Position numbers and translations under genes: made by a program. From assembly GCA_002633005.1 (NCBI GenBank), contig NMRA01000380.1:303873-367872 (forward strand): a stretch of 64,000 nt of DNA, written 5' to 3'. The notes beneath the pieces are model-generated. The model did not search any database and was not told where the DNA came from. It saw nothing but the letters and a program-made list of their open reading frames with translations. This stretch comes from Phoronis australis. Taxonomy: Eukaryota > Animalia > Phoronida. Of this stretch, positions 1 to 12,535 are shown piece by piece. How positions within the stretch are numbered: position 1 is the first letter of the stretch; each line of letters opens with the position of its first letter.

Positions 1-3000
1 CTCAAACAGTAGTCTGGCCTTGGATGTTACGCACTATGGGATTTTAATTGAGTGACCAGAATTAATACTGGCGACGTTGATGGAACAGAGAATACCGGTA
101 AATTTATGTCACAATGCAAATATTTTTCCAAGTATGCATACAAATTTTGCTCGAATACATATTTGGATTATTTCCAGCAATTTTCGCATGGGAATTTCTA
201 CTGACCAAGTGTTAAGACGAATATCGAAAGGGCACCAGGTATCCCCATAAAGGAAAGTTCAACGATTATTCGTTATGATTCTTTTAGGTTCGTAAGTAAG
301 GTCACACCAAAAAGGATAGTTTGTAATGGTCTGCGCGTTGTATACATTTTTGAAACATGCGCATCACTGTAAAAAGAAAAATCGCTTCACTTCTGACAAC
401 AGAATGTATTGAGGTAATTTTTAAAAGGGCGAATTTACTTAAAATGTACGATTAAAAAATACCGCATCACCACCTCAATTGTAGAAAATAGAACGAATTG
501 TGTGTTTTGGCGTGAGCGTGTTACGTTAGACAACCACGGCGTTGCGTTCAAATACAAGTTGAATTTTCGTAACAGTATAAGTTCCATTAATTACCAGCAC
601 GACTGAATTTTCAAAACATGCTCAATTTCCAAAACGAGGTTGATTTCGTAAAGTTTATGCTGTAAAACTAGATGTTCAAGACAACAAGTGATTGTTTAAA
701 AGCGACGATACTTCTTAACATGATTGATTTTGTGAAATAGGATTGAATTTACAAGATAGGATTGACATTTATTTAAACACAACTGAATTCATTAAATGGC
801 ATTGAATTTACGAAGTAGGATTTATTTTATTTTAAAGCTGCATTTCGCTCTGTTTAGCTAGTGACTAAAAACGAAGAAATAGAATAAGGCTATTTATTCT
901 AATGAAATAGATATAAAAATTCCTTAACATGATACATCTTGTTTTATGTTATTTTAATAACATAAAATAATGTTTTAAAAAAAACATTCAACATATCAAT
1001 AAACGCGTGGGAAAACCATCGATTTTGCTAGGGTTGGCCAACCTCGAATTTCGAAAATGTCGCGCATTCAAAAGTAAGTAAGTCACGTGACCCAACAATG
1101 ACCATTTCCCGTGAGTACGTTGTACATAACCACTTGTCTTTCTTGTTGAGAACTCGAAATAAGTTTAAAGTGGCAGCTAAACGAGGCGAAACGTAGCTGT
1201 ATTTTTTTTTCGCTTTCCTCAGTTGCTTCGTGGCAAAAGCAACCTGTCCGTCAAACTGCCAGACGCGTTCTCAATAGCGTCGTGTCACAGAAAAATTCAA
1301 TTCACAAAAGCAGATTTCTGGACATCTGGGTTAATAACCGCTTCAGTGTTTTGTAGCGTCTGGTGCCAGCATTAAAACATTAAAAAGTGTACTCCATCAT
1401 ATGTTATGTATTATTTTCGTAACGGAAATTTCGAAGCAAAATGCGATCTTCATGCTGCTGTGGTTGAATGCTGCCCTCAGCAAGTTGACGTTTAAGGATT
1501 TTCGTATGAGAATCCAAAAAATCAATCAGAAATCTTTTGTTTGCTTGGTGCTATTTTTCTCATACCAGGAACTTCGGCGTTCCATAATTATAACGCCCCA
1601 CGACGTATCTAAATTGAAAACTCCACGGCGCTAATTAAAAACCGTTGTGAAGATGTGATAATTGTCGACATCAATATACCAGGAACGTCAACGACAAAGA
1701 TGTCACTTAGTCGATAATAATTCAATTTCGTAGATGAACATGCCCCAACGGCTTGTATTTTGCCTTTCCTTTGAAAAATAATGAAAGCGTACAAAAGTCA
1801 ACATAAAATCTCATATAATTTCAGAATATCGCGCATTACTTTTATCACGTACACAATGTAGTTTTGCAGTCAAAAGGTGGCTATTCGGTCTCATGAAAAA
1901 ATCGTGTAATTAATTTCAATCGGGGTGTAATAACATACCGACTGTTTGTTGCGGTTTGTTTAGTTCCTAGGTAGCGTTCCATAGACCATGTTTCTTGCGA
2001 GAAAAGCAAGATCTCACAAGGCCTCGCAAAATTACGCGAGTAAGCTCGGAGGTTTAGACACAGAACGGCTGCCAGTGAACTGAATGATTGAAGGTTGGAA
2101 CGTTGCATTGTGGGATTGAGTTTACCGTTTCCGTTCCACAAGCAAGTGCAACATAATGTCAGATAGTAAACGTGAACATTCCAAAACTTTAATCCATGAT
2201 GACTTCCCATAGAAATTTTTAAACAGTGAAATAACAATAGGCTACCGATGAAGAATGAACACTTACTGCTCAGTCACTTCAAGACAATGTTGTTTTGTAG
2301 TGGGACAATTATACATTGGGTTTTCAAACGCCCGTGCGTCCACTCTAGGGGTTTTGAGAACTTCCACAAAAGGGTCTCTTTTGCAACAGAACTGTGTTAA
2401 AAAGACTACTTATAATCCAAATTGTTGTTTATTCAATTTTAATTCAGTGAATAAACATTTTGAATGTTTAAGAACGCTTACAAACGGGTTATGTTATGAA
2501 GGAAAGCCTCTAAGAAATGGTGACTTTTTCACAAATGATCGGAAATTCGGAACAACCGGCTCCTTTGCAATCGTTCTGACTCTCTAAAGGGTGTGGTTTT
2601 ATTTTGCCGATTCTACTGTTGGATTGTACTATCAACAAACATTGTCAAGCTTTAGCTAAATCAGAACTGCAGAGATGTATGAACAACTATAATCCTGCGA
2701 TCACTTATAGGTAAGTCATCCGCTGGAGATATCCAATTAAACGTTGCTGCCAAGTGTGTAGGCCTACCTTTTTCTTTTATCTGGCACCATCTAGTTCTCT
2801 TATGACCTAAATCTCCAAACAACACCACATGTTGTAACTACAATCGTGTTGCCTTGTGTGGAGGAATTTGAATCTTGTTATGGTAGGTTAGGCAACTAAC
2901 TGTTTACTTCAACACTGTCGTTACTTGAGGTCAAATTTGTTGAACAAAGCAACACTACAGGCGACAATGAGTATACAACATATCAAACACATGCAAAGTA

Positions 3001-5682
3001 AAACCAGCCGTCAGTGTAAACTCATTTACGAAAAGTTATAAAACCGATTACGCACATAAAGACCGAAAAAAACATCTTGGACGTGGATGAAAATCGTGAC
3101 ATATCCCCTTCGTCAACATTAGTCGGAAAGTTACGATAAAAAACAGGTGAATACTACGTACCCGTGTTGATCCACTGTAACTCACTGAATAGCCTGGCAT
3201 TCTGATGACCAATTGATACAGTCTCGTTTTATTTGTAATATAAATTTGATTGACCCTCGGAGGGCAACAGCTTGTTTGTGACGTCATAACGCACTTGGGC
3301 GGAAACAGATCGTGACTGCCATCGGATGTGATTACATAAAATCACTCGAAAGACGCGTATAGGTATTAATAATTCCTGACAAAATTATCGGATTATTCCA
3401 AATACCTTGTTTACGTAAAACGTCTAATGCCAATAAAGGCTATGTTTGAAGTCTACGGATACTCGAAACATTTTCCAACCGCTCAGCCATTACGCGGCAC
3501 ACAGGAAGACTTTCTCGACAGAAAATGATCAAGTGGTTCCCCTGATACTGCGACAGCAGTTCGCAAATTTATCTAGCCCGTGGGAACTGTGGACTGAAAA
3601 ATATCGACACGTCTTTTTAACCGTAAGCGTTATACAACAACAGAGATCTTCAATAACATATTATCCCAGATGGCATTACACAGAAAATATGACACTTTAA
3701 AGCTAGCTGATTTTTCATGTACCCAAAGAACAACCGATCGCGAGTTTAATATTCATCCAACTAATTACAACTTAGGACACCGCACAATGCAACCGTCCAT
3801 TCCCACTCGTTGGGACCACGCCTGGCAACCCTGCCTTGTTCATTTCAATACTACGTTGGGCAAAAATGGAAAACTGCGACGACTGAAGGGAGGGGCGGAG
3901 ATTGTGTGTACCCGAATTAGGCAAAATATGTAACGCCCGCCTGGAGGTTCATGGACGCCAAGACCACAATTCTACTGGTATAGGAGTTCTCCTGGGCCTC
4001 AATCACAGTGCACTTACTTAAGTAAAATGCTCAGCTGTCCCTTTTGGGTAATGCCAAAACGCAACCTCGCGATTGTTTTGTCAAGCCTGAAGCCGATTTC
4101 AGACTTGTGGAATTTAGCGTGTATCTGAAACCGAAGAAGTTATTGAAATCAGTTCAAAGTTGAGAAGTAATTTCTAACGAGTGACCACTGTGTCGATTCC
4201 GGAATCTGATATTTCTATTTCGAATAAACTTGTAACCAAGCAGAACCGTATCCTGAAAATTCGTTACACAGGGAAAGCGTAACCAGAAGCAACCTGGACG
4301 CACATTCGGTTCATCGCATCATTTTTCGTTAAATAAGCGCCCCTAGTAAATACGTCGCCCAGTAAATAGAAGTTCTCCGAAGTAGCAAATGTCTGAAAAA
4401 TTCCCACGTTTTAATTTGCACATTTTTGTGTTATTTGGCAATGGGGTTTGATGAAAATGACAAAATGTTGAAATTTGGAGTTCCTGCACATTGCGTTATT
4501 TTGATACAAATATTGCCTAGAGCATTTCAACAGAAATGTTTAAAAAATTGTTGCACCTATCAATCTAATTAAACGAAGAAAATTGATCAAAAATAGCAGT
4601 AAAGATATATTTAAATCACACAGCCACCTAGTGGTAGTTTATAAAATTACTTTAAATCACCAATACAAGGAGCGCTTGGATGTTTATACTAAACAAGTGA
4701 TGAAATTAGGTTTTCAGTCTGCTTCAACTGAAGGAGTATAAGAAGGGCGGTGATATTTTCTTAACAAAAATCAAAATGAAGTAGGGATTGTGAGGTAAAT
4801 AATAGAAACAATACATGGAGGACAAAAGCGGACCTCAGTATTCTGAATGACTTTTCGTTGACCTACCAGAGATACTCGCCCCGCATTACAATCTGGACAC
4901 ACCACAGGCCCATAGGAATGTGCCAACTCAAAACGCAAGTTCATCGTCGTCAAACTCTGACCCACTCGTGCTCCAAATATTTCCTCCCCTGGCCTCCCGA
5001 CCTATGGCAATTCTCCATATTGACGTAAAAGGTCATTTAAAATTAAAAGCAACACTTTTGAAATAATTTGGGTTGAGTCCCGAGTAATGAAAACACCATG
5101 TTGTGTTATCCCATGTTCGTTGAGACATGTAACGGGTCCCGGAAACACCGCAAAAATGCACTGCCGCGTGTTATGAATGTAAATTTTAACACATTTTGTT
5201 GTATGCCTTTCCATGTTCTCATTTCAGATGGACATTACAGTATTAGTACCTTGAATTAAACCGTTTTAACGGTACTTTTTGTTCATCAGTCAAGGATTTC
5301 ATATCCTGGTATCAGCGCGGTAGAGGTACAATCCGCACCTACCGCGAGTACCAGAAATGGGTGTCGGCGATTGCATGTTGTTTACAACGCCCTCTACTGA
5401 GCAACGTATGTGACATTTTTTACAGATAATGTAACGAGGAATCATGCGCGTCTACTTTTAGGTGTCTATGATGGAAACTTTTTAAATAATGAAAAAGAAA
5501 CACGAGAAAAAATAAGTTGCCAGGTGATAGTACATCTGAAATGCGATTTTTTCTGTTTGTTTTTTGGCCTAGTAACTAATAAACCCTAGTCTGGAGCATG
5601 TTTGAAATTAGTAAACGTCCGGGTCTTCCATTAAAACCTTTACGGTGCAAATAAATGTTAAGAACAAATTCTAAATATCTCA

Positions 5683-6010
5683 TAACCGATGACCATTTGA
5701 AATAAGTACGAAATATCGTCAACTTCCCGAAAGTAGTGTTCGATCGACCTCTTTGAACAGGGGACAGGTGGTATTGTGCCAGAACATTCCGAAAGAGGGC
5801 TCTGCGAATAATTTTTATTTGGGAATCACGAAACGATTTCACCCTTGATCTCGATGTACGAACAATTTCCTGTAACCGATGACCATTTAAATAGATATAG
5901 TTAATACGAAATATCATTAACTTTCTGAAAGTAGTATTCGATCGATCTCTTTGAACAGGCGACCGGTATTACTTGTACCAGAACCTTCCGAAAGAGGGCT
6001 CTGCAAAACA
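5683..6010. repeat. Diverged ~190-bp tandem duplication
   Basis: taaccgatgaccattt...gaaagtagt.ttcgatcga..tctttgaacagg...ttccgaaagagggctctgc occurs twice. Confidence 0.85.
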
Positions 6011-9000
6011 TTCTTGGTTGGGAATGCGATGCACAAACAACTCATTTACACGTCTTTTGTTGACAACACGGTAACTAAATGAAATGTTTTGTCCCACATG
6101 TTGACCTGACCTAAAAAAGTCAAGATACGGTTATTGCACAAAATAAGTTTAGGCCTAAAGATTTAGAGGCACAGAGACATTTGACTGAGAGACTGAATCG
6201 AAGCATTGGTGAATAAGATTGCAAAGAGATGAAAAAAAACAAAAATGTTAGTTGAAATTGATATTTTTAATATTTTCAATTTTTTTTTAGTGCAGTGACC
6301 ATTTTTATCAACATGAACGTGGTTATTTGAGTGAATGAACCTGAAGTTTCCTCGTGTATTCCGAGTTAAGCAGGATTCCAAGTTCACGCACAACAGTCAG
6401 TGACAAGAGAACATAACAAGACGCGTGGTAACTACCGTATGTCACCAGAGTTCAAGTGAAAATCAAATCTTATCCGCGTTCAGGGAAATTTTAAAAAATG
6501 GCAGACAGAAGACGTGTAACTGAAACGAGCATTCACATTCAAAAGCGTCCTACCAGTATTCAAAATTCTAGTTGACCAATATGGGCCAACACAGCGCCCT
6601 GACACCTCTTTGAAATGAAGATTTCTTGGGATAAGAAGTCAAATCTTCCGTCCGACTTGAGATCGGTCGACCAGACGGCAGATCACTATACAGGCGACTA
6701 GTGAAAAATGTAACAATGGTGATTTGTCAGACTCTGATCTGCCCTCTGATCGGAGTGGCGCGCAATGAATGTTTTATCACAGACTTTTCCGTGCATATCT
6801 TTGCATCCTCCCCTTTCGGTCAACGTCCGCACTCTGCGGGTTCCCAGATCGAACTCCTCTCTTTAGAGCTTTTCAAATCCGGGCATTATTTATGCCGGAC
6901 CAAAACGCCAGACTGACATAAACATTTTCCAAGCAAAAATAGTGATTCGCCACGACATGATGCCATGTTTATGCTGCTCGACCTGAATTAGCATCCCATA
7001 TTAGCACTAAAAACATTGAAAACGCGATCTAAAGGAATAGTAGAAAACTGATACCCATCTCTGCGGACTATAGTCAGTACTGTTGCTACTACCACGGATA
7101 TATCTTTGCTACTACATTGAGTGTACCTTCCTCGGGCTCTGCCTGTTGTTACAGAGGGACTGTTATCCTAACAAGACGAAAACTAGGTCGCAGTATATAA
7201 GCATAATAAGTAGTCTGTCAAATTCAAACTTAAACCGGTTGGTGACCTGGCACAAAAACATAGCATATTACTGCATAGTTTAAATGGTCATTAAGGAGCG
7301 AAATCTTAGTCGTTTATTTTTGTAACCACCTGGCCTTTTAGGTTTAAATTTCGGAGTCACCTCAACTTGGAGGTATGTGAAAATTTCGTTTGAACAGCTA
7401 ACGTCGGTGCCTGTCATTGGACCCTTCTGATATCAGACGGTTAATTAATGTTAAGCAGATGTTTCTGAATTCGTGAAACTTTAAAGATCTTACCATAGTT
7501 TATACTCCACGTCGTCATGTGAACTGTTGTAACACTGTGACACCATGTTCGGTCCAGACCGTTATCCTCAGGTGTTTGAACTAAAACCTTTTTTATCTTG
7601 CCAGTCTTGTCGAACTGCCGGCGCTTGATTGACTTATCCCCGTATCGATTACCAAACTTCAGGTAGGGAATGGAAACCGCAACCGACACTGCGCAAAAAC
7701 GTCGTCTTCCGCCAAACTGCCGACTTGATTAGTATTTCCACGCAATTGCGTGCGAATAGGACCTTCAAGTTTACACACGTTTTCTACGTATAATGAGACC
7801 ATGTTTAACAGTATAGTAATCCGTCTGCCCGTAAAGACTTCTTTGTCCTGTGTGTCCGACTTTATGGGGAGAGGAAATAGCAAGTACGCCCCAGACAAAG
7901 GGTCGGGTTCAAAGTACCTGCAAGTGCACGTTCTTGGTACTCGGGATTGGCTCCAAATAAATTAGACAAACGGCATTGCACTTCCGCGAGCGACACCGAT
8001 GGTAGATAGTTCCGGAGAGTTAGCAGTCACCAGGTGGCGATTAGGCAATAGATATGGTACTTGATCTCAAGATCGCGGCGTGTGTGTGAACTTGGAATTA
8101 TAAATACAGTAAGCAATCAGGTGAAATTTATTGTCCAGCATAAAGGACTTTTTAAAAAACTGGTCGCCGTGGATGCAAAACTTGAATACGAAGAAAATGC
8201 AGCCAAAATCCCACCACCGCATTGTACTAGGCTTTAGTTGGACACTATCAAGTGCCGGGGACTCGTGACAAGATCATAAACAAATTTTTGTTGAACTACT
8301 CGTACCCCCAATAAGGACTCCTTTGTCAAAATATTCAGTCACGAGAGCTGTTGCTTGCCGAAGGTGTTCGTGGGATAAGAGTACCACATTTGCCTTTGAA
8401 TATTTGCAACCAACTGAATCACTTACTGTTTACAAGCCCCAGGGCTTACCGTTGATGTATGAGAAAGCTAGAAAAAGCTGTGCTGTTTCTGAATACACAC
8501 CCTGGGGTTTACTGCCGTTACGAGGTCAGGCTTCTGCTGTCCCAGGGGCCGTGCACTCGACTATTTCTATGAGATCTGTCACTAGGAAATTAGTACATTC
8601 CACCCTTGAGGGAGTAGGAAAGATGAAACTGTGACGTCAGAGAAGTTGGATATCGCATCTTGTCATTAAACGCCAAAATTAAAACAAAATCAACATGCTT
8701 CAAAGCAAACACTATGTAATTTGAAATAAAAAAATCAAATTCAATTTCCGACAAGTTTCTTTTTTGGCAAACTATGTCGAATCCTGCATAGACATTTTTA
8801 GATGTTTGTGGTCTAACCTTCAACATCTCTTCTACCATTTTATGGACGTTAATTTTTCGAACATCACGTCTTCGTGTATTAGTCTCGCCGGTTTGGACTT
8901 GAAGTGGTTACAAACCACCAACCTTCCATCACAAAAAAGCACTTTTGATTTCGGCCACTTCCGGTTATGACGTTGGTATCAATTTGGTCCTAAGTGGAAA

Positions 9001-9141
9001 TGGAGATGATTTCAGGCCTCGAAAGAATTCGCAGTTTTTGATGGTTTGTCATGACGTGCCATTTAATGCGTCGCACGTGGTCTCAACGAGTAACGAAGAA
9101 TCAGTTCTTTGCAAATCCAGAAATTGTTTATAATCTGTGTG

Positions 9142-9268
9142 ATGTTGCAAATAGTTTATCCCGTTTAATCCGCCGTATTTTTGATCACATCACCTGAGTT
9201 ATATTCATTAGGTCACGTGATGTGATAAAAAAGATGGCGGATTGAACAGGATAGTCAACGCGCAACAT
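9142..9268. repeat. Inverted repeat (hairpin-type MITE relic)
   Basis: tatcccgtttaatccgccgtatttttgatcacatcac pairs with gtgatgtgataaaaaagatggcggattgaacaggata. Confidence 0.75.
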
Positions 9269-10321
9269 ATTCCACGCCTCACTGAAAAAAGATATTTATA
9301 CAAATCTGTGTGATGAACGCGGGTTTAGAGCATCTGATGTTACTTCATGGTCAAAAGGTGAACCACGATGTCAAAACTTTTGTCAACATCTAATTCTGTG
9401 TATTTACCAATTGCCCCGCTTTAGGCGGGACCGTCCCATTGTTGGTGGGACCATGTCTCTCTTTTTAAAGCTTTGTCCCGCCGACGCTTAAAGCCAGTAA
9501 TATATGAATAATGGTAATGAAGCTAATATGACAGACCATGACTGTATTTGATACTATATCATATTGTTCTACATTATAGGTTGCTATTGAAATGATGAAG
9601 CTAATATGACAGACTGTCACTGTATTTGATACTATACCATATTGTACTACACTATAGATACTGTCACTTTATTTCATAATATACTATATGGTACTACATT
9701 ATAGATACTATCACTGTATTTGATACTATACCATATAGTATTATTACGTAGAGGTTTACGTTGGAAGTATAACATTACTTACAATGTGATAAGAATGTTG
9801 TCAGAATGAAAAGTTCTTGAAATCCACTAGTTTCAAATCTACTGTTGAAGTTTGGATTTCACTAGTAGAAAAAAACAGATAGAATAAATGAAAAGGAAAT
9901 TGAAAATCACAGTAACTATAAATGACATTAAAAAGTCAAGCTAAATATCGTTCTCGTTTCTACAAACTCACCTGAAGTACCTAAGGTGGCCCACTTTCCG
10001 TGCAAAATGAAATTACAAACAGTTCACAAGCCACCACGCCATGCATCCAGAAATCATCTTGCCTGTACCAGTTGGCTGATGGTAATACTGTATCTACCGT
10101 AATGATTTCGCTGCTAAGCAAGGGGATGGAAAAATTTCCACGATATCGCCTCTGAAATCCAGCAGCGGTCCTCTAAACTTCAGTTTCGTAACAGAAGACA
10201 CCGAACTCGTGGTACAAATTCCCAGTTTTACACCCCACGCACTAAAAATGTTTTCTATGACCAAACTCCGTTCCTAAAGACTAGATTCCAAGGTCGTACT
10301 AATAGTTCGCAGCTGCAATTT

Positions 10322-10467
10322 CATGGGCGGCTCACCATAGGGGGCTGGGGGGGTTATACCCCACTTTTTTTCAGTGGTGCGTTGCCTATGGTCTATGGTT
10401 GTTGAACCACATGGGGCTGGAGGGGGGCTATAACACCCCCACTTTTTTCAGTGCTGTGCCGCCGATG
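10322..10467. mobile_element. Small MITE nested in an older foldback element (about 10140-10630)
   Basis: TIRs catgggcggc / gccgccgatg; flanks aattt / aatgt; internal ggggct...ata..cccc..ttttttcagtg duplication; outer inverted arms gaactcgtggtacaaattccc / ggggatttgtaccacaagttt. Confidence 0.55.
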
Positions 10468-12128
10468 AATGTGTTCCCCGCCGGAACTGGAATTTGATCT
10501 TAGTGTATAGAATTTTTTCGGTCCCTGACTGGGTAGAGTTTAGGGACTCGAATTCGGGGATTTGTACCACAAGTTTGAAGGTTGCTGGTCCGGGATTACA
10601 GTTAAGGGGACAGTACCTGGATTTTAGGGGCACTTAAAGGGATACCGTACCCACCTCTTGATATAAATGATACTAACTAATTAGTTGAACACTTTTCCTC
10701 GTGGAGAACCTAGAATGGATGACATGAATCCTGAATACTGCGTTATTAATAGCAAATGTTTTATTCACGTGTGTATAATATGCGATGCCTTAATTGTATC
10801 TGGTAGGGGGAGCATTCGAAATAAGTAATGTCAACCTGTGCCGAGCTCAGTAATGCTTGCAAGATCTCGCGAAATACCACCATGTATTTTTAATGAGAGC
10901 ATGTGATTTTGACAAGTTTTCTTGCCGCGAGGCAGTTACTGAGTTCGACCTTTTATTTACATAAATTATAAGTTATGCAAAATTAAGATGTACTGACCTG
11001 CAGACCTATTTCATTAATTTCAGGGGAAGAAACAGAATTTTGACTAATGGTGATAATTAATTTGCACAATTTTTGCAAATTTATCATGCAACAGCCTGAT
11101 TTCATTGACCATAGAAACATGGGAGGATTTACATGTGATGCTTTGTATCCCAAAACTCTAAGTACGTTGATTTTTAAGTATTGGTGATCTAAATTTGCAA
11201 ATTCTCCACTTGTACATAGGCGGATTTAGGGGAAGCGCCCCCCCCCCCCTCTTTGCTGCCGCAAGCAAAGTGAAACAGCAACAGCATGAAGAAATAGAGT
11301 TCAGTAACTAGGACCGGTAGCGGATGAGGGGGGGTTAAGGGGCACAGAACCCAGAGGTATCGCGTTCCCGTTTCTTTTCTTTTTTTTTAGTCCACCGATA
11401 GATTTCCTGGACCAATGGTCCAACATCCCGACCCCCGCAACTTTCGGGCCCCTGTGCACGTCAAATAATACAATCGTGCTTTGTCCAATTCCCGAGGCAA
11501 CATGTTGGGCCACCCCGTTATGGTATACAGTCGTAAATTAGCTCCACTGCAATCACTGACTTTGGAAAATGAGTGGAAATATTGAATAATTTATCTGTGG
11601 TACTTCATGATAATGGTGGCCATAGTTTTGATTTTTGAAAAAAATGATCAAGGTTGTCAAGATGTCATCCCAACTAAAATGCTTTAGGGAGGTTACCTCA
11701 ACATGAAACAACCAACCAAAAACTCTAATACTACCAAGAATTTCTAGGTCCCCAATGGTGACCTTATGGGCGGCTACTGGACAAACCTTCCGCAATATCA
11801 GAATGTCTCGCTTTTTAGCGCACGCAACTAATTTCACGTTTTATAGTATATTTCTGTGCTTTTTCACACAATTTGCCTATATTTTTCTCCTCCATTTTAC
11901 AGGCGTGACTAAAAAAACCAAACCAAGTCGAAAAACACAGTCGGGATGTTTCTGTCGCGTTGCAGCGAACATTTGCCCCTTGCGGTATGGCCTCGTTTTC
12001 ATTTTCGATTGTTGCTGAATTACGGTTTGAGGCGTGGGCAAAACGGATTCTCTACATATCTGGATCTTCTACGGAATAGAATCCGGCGTACAGGGCTTTC
12101 TCGAGCATAATCCTGGCGGTAATAAATC

Positions 12129-12380
12129 NNNNNNNNNNNNNNNNNNNNNNNNNNNNNNNNNNNNNNNNNNNNNNNNNNNNNNNNNNNNNNNNNNNNNNNN
12201 NNNNNNNNNNNNNNNNNNNNNNNNNNNNNNNNNNNNNNNNNNNNNNNNNNNNNNNNNNNNNNNNNNNNNNNNNNNNNNNNNNNNNNNNNNNNNNNNNNNN
12301 NNNNNNNNNNNNNNNNNNNNNNNNNNNNNNNNNNNNNNNNNNNNNNNNNNNNNNNNNNNNNNNNNNNNNNNNNNNNNNNN
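12129..12380. other. Assembly gap (252 N)
   Basis: Run of n. Further single-n joins occur at 14825, 19016, 19994, 25832 and 49498. Confidence 0.99.
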
Positions 12381-12535
12381 CAAAACATTTTTGTCACTTA
12401 CCGTTTTATAAAAGTGATATCAGCTGATTGTTCCTTACTGGAAACTAAGAATACTTGAGTACTGGAGGCTACTGATGCTCAGCTCAAAAAGTCCCCTGCC
12501 TGTCAAGCTAACGTATTGGGCGCGACCAAAGATTG

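Noticed and set aside
12020-12411. ORFs spanning the N gap
   Set aside because: Artefacts of translating unknown bases.
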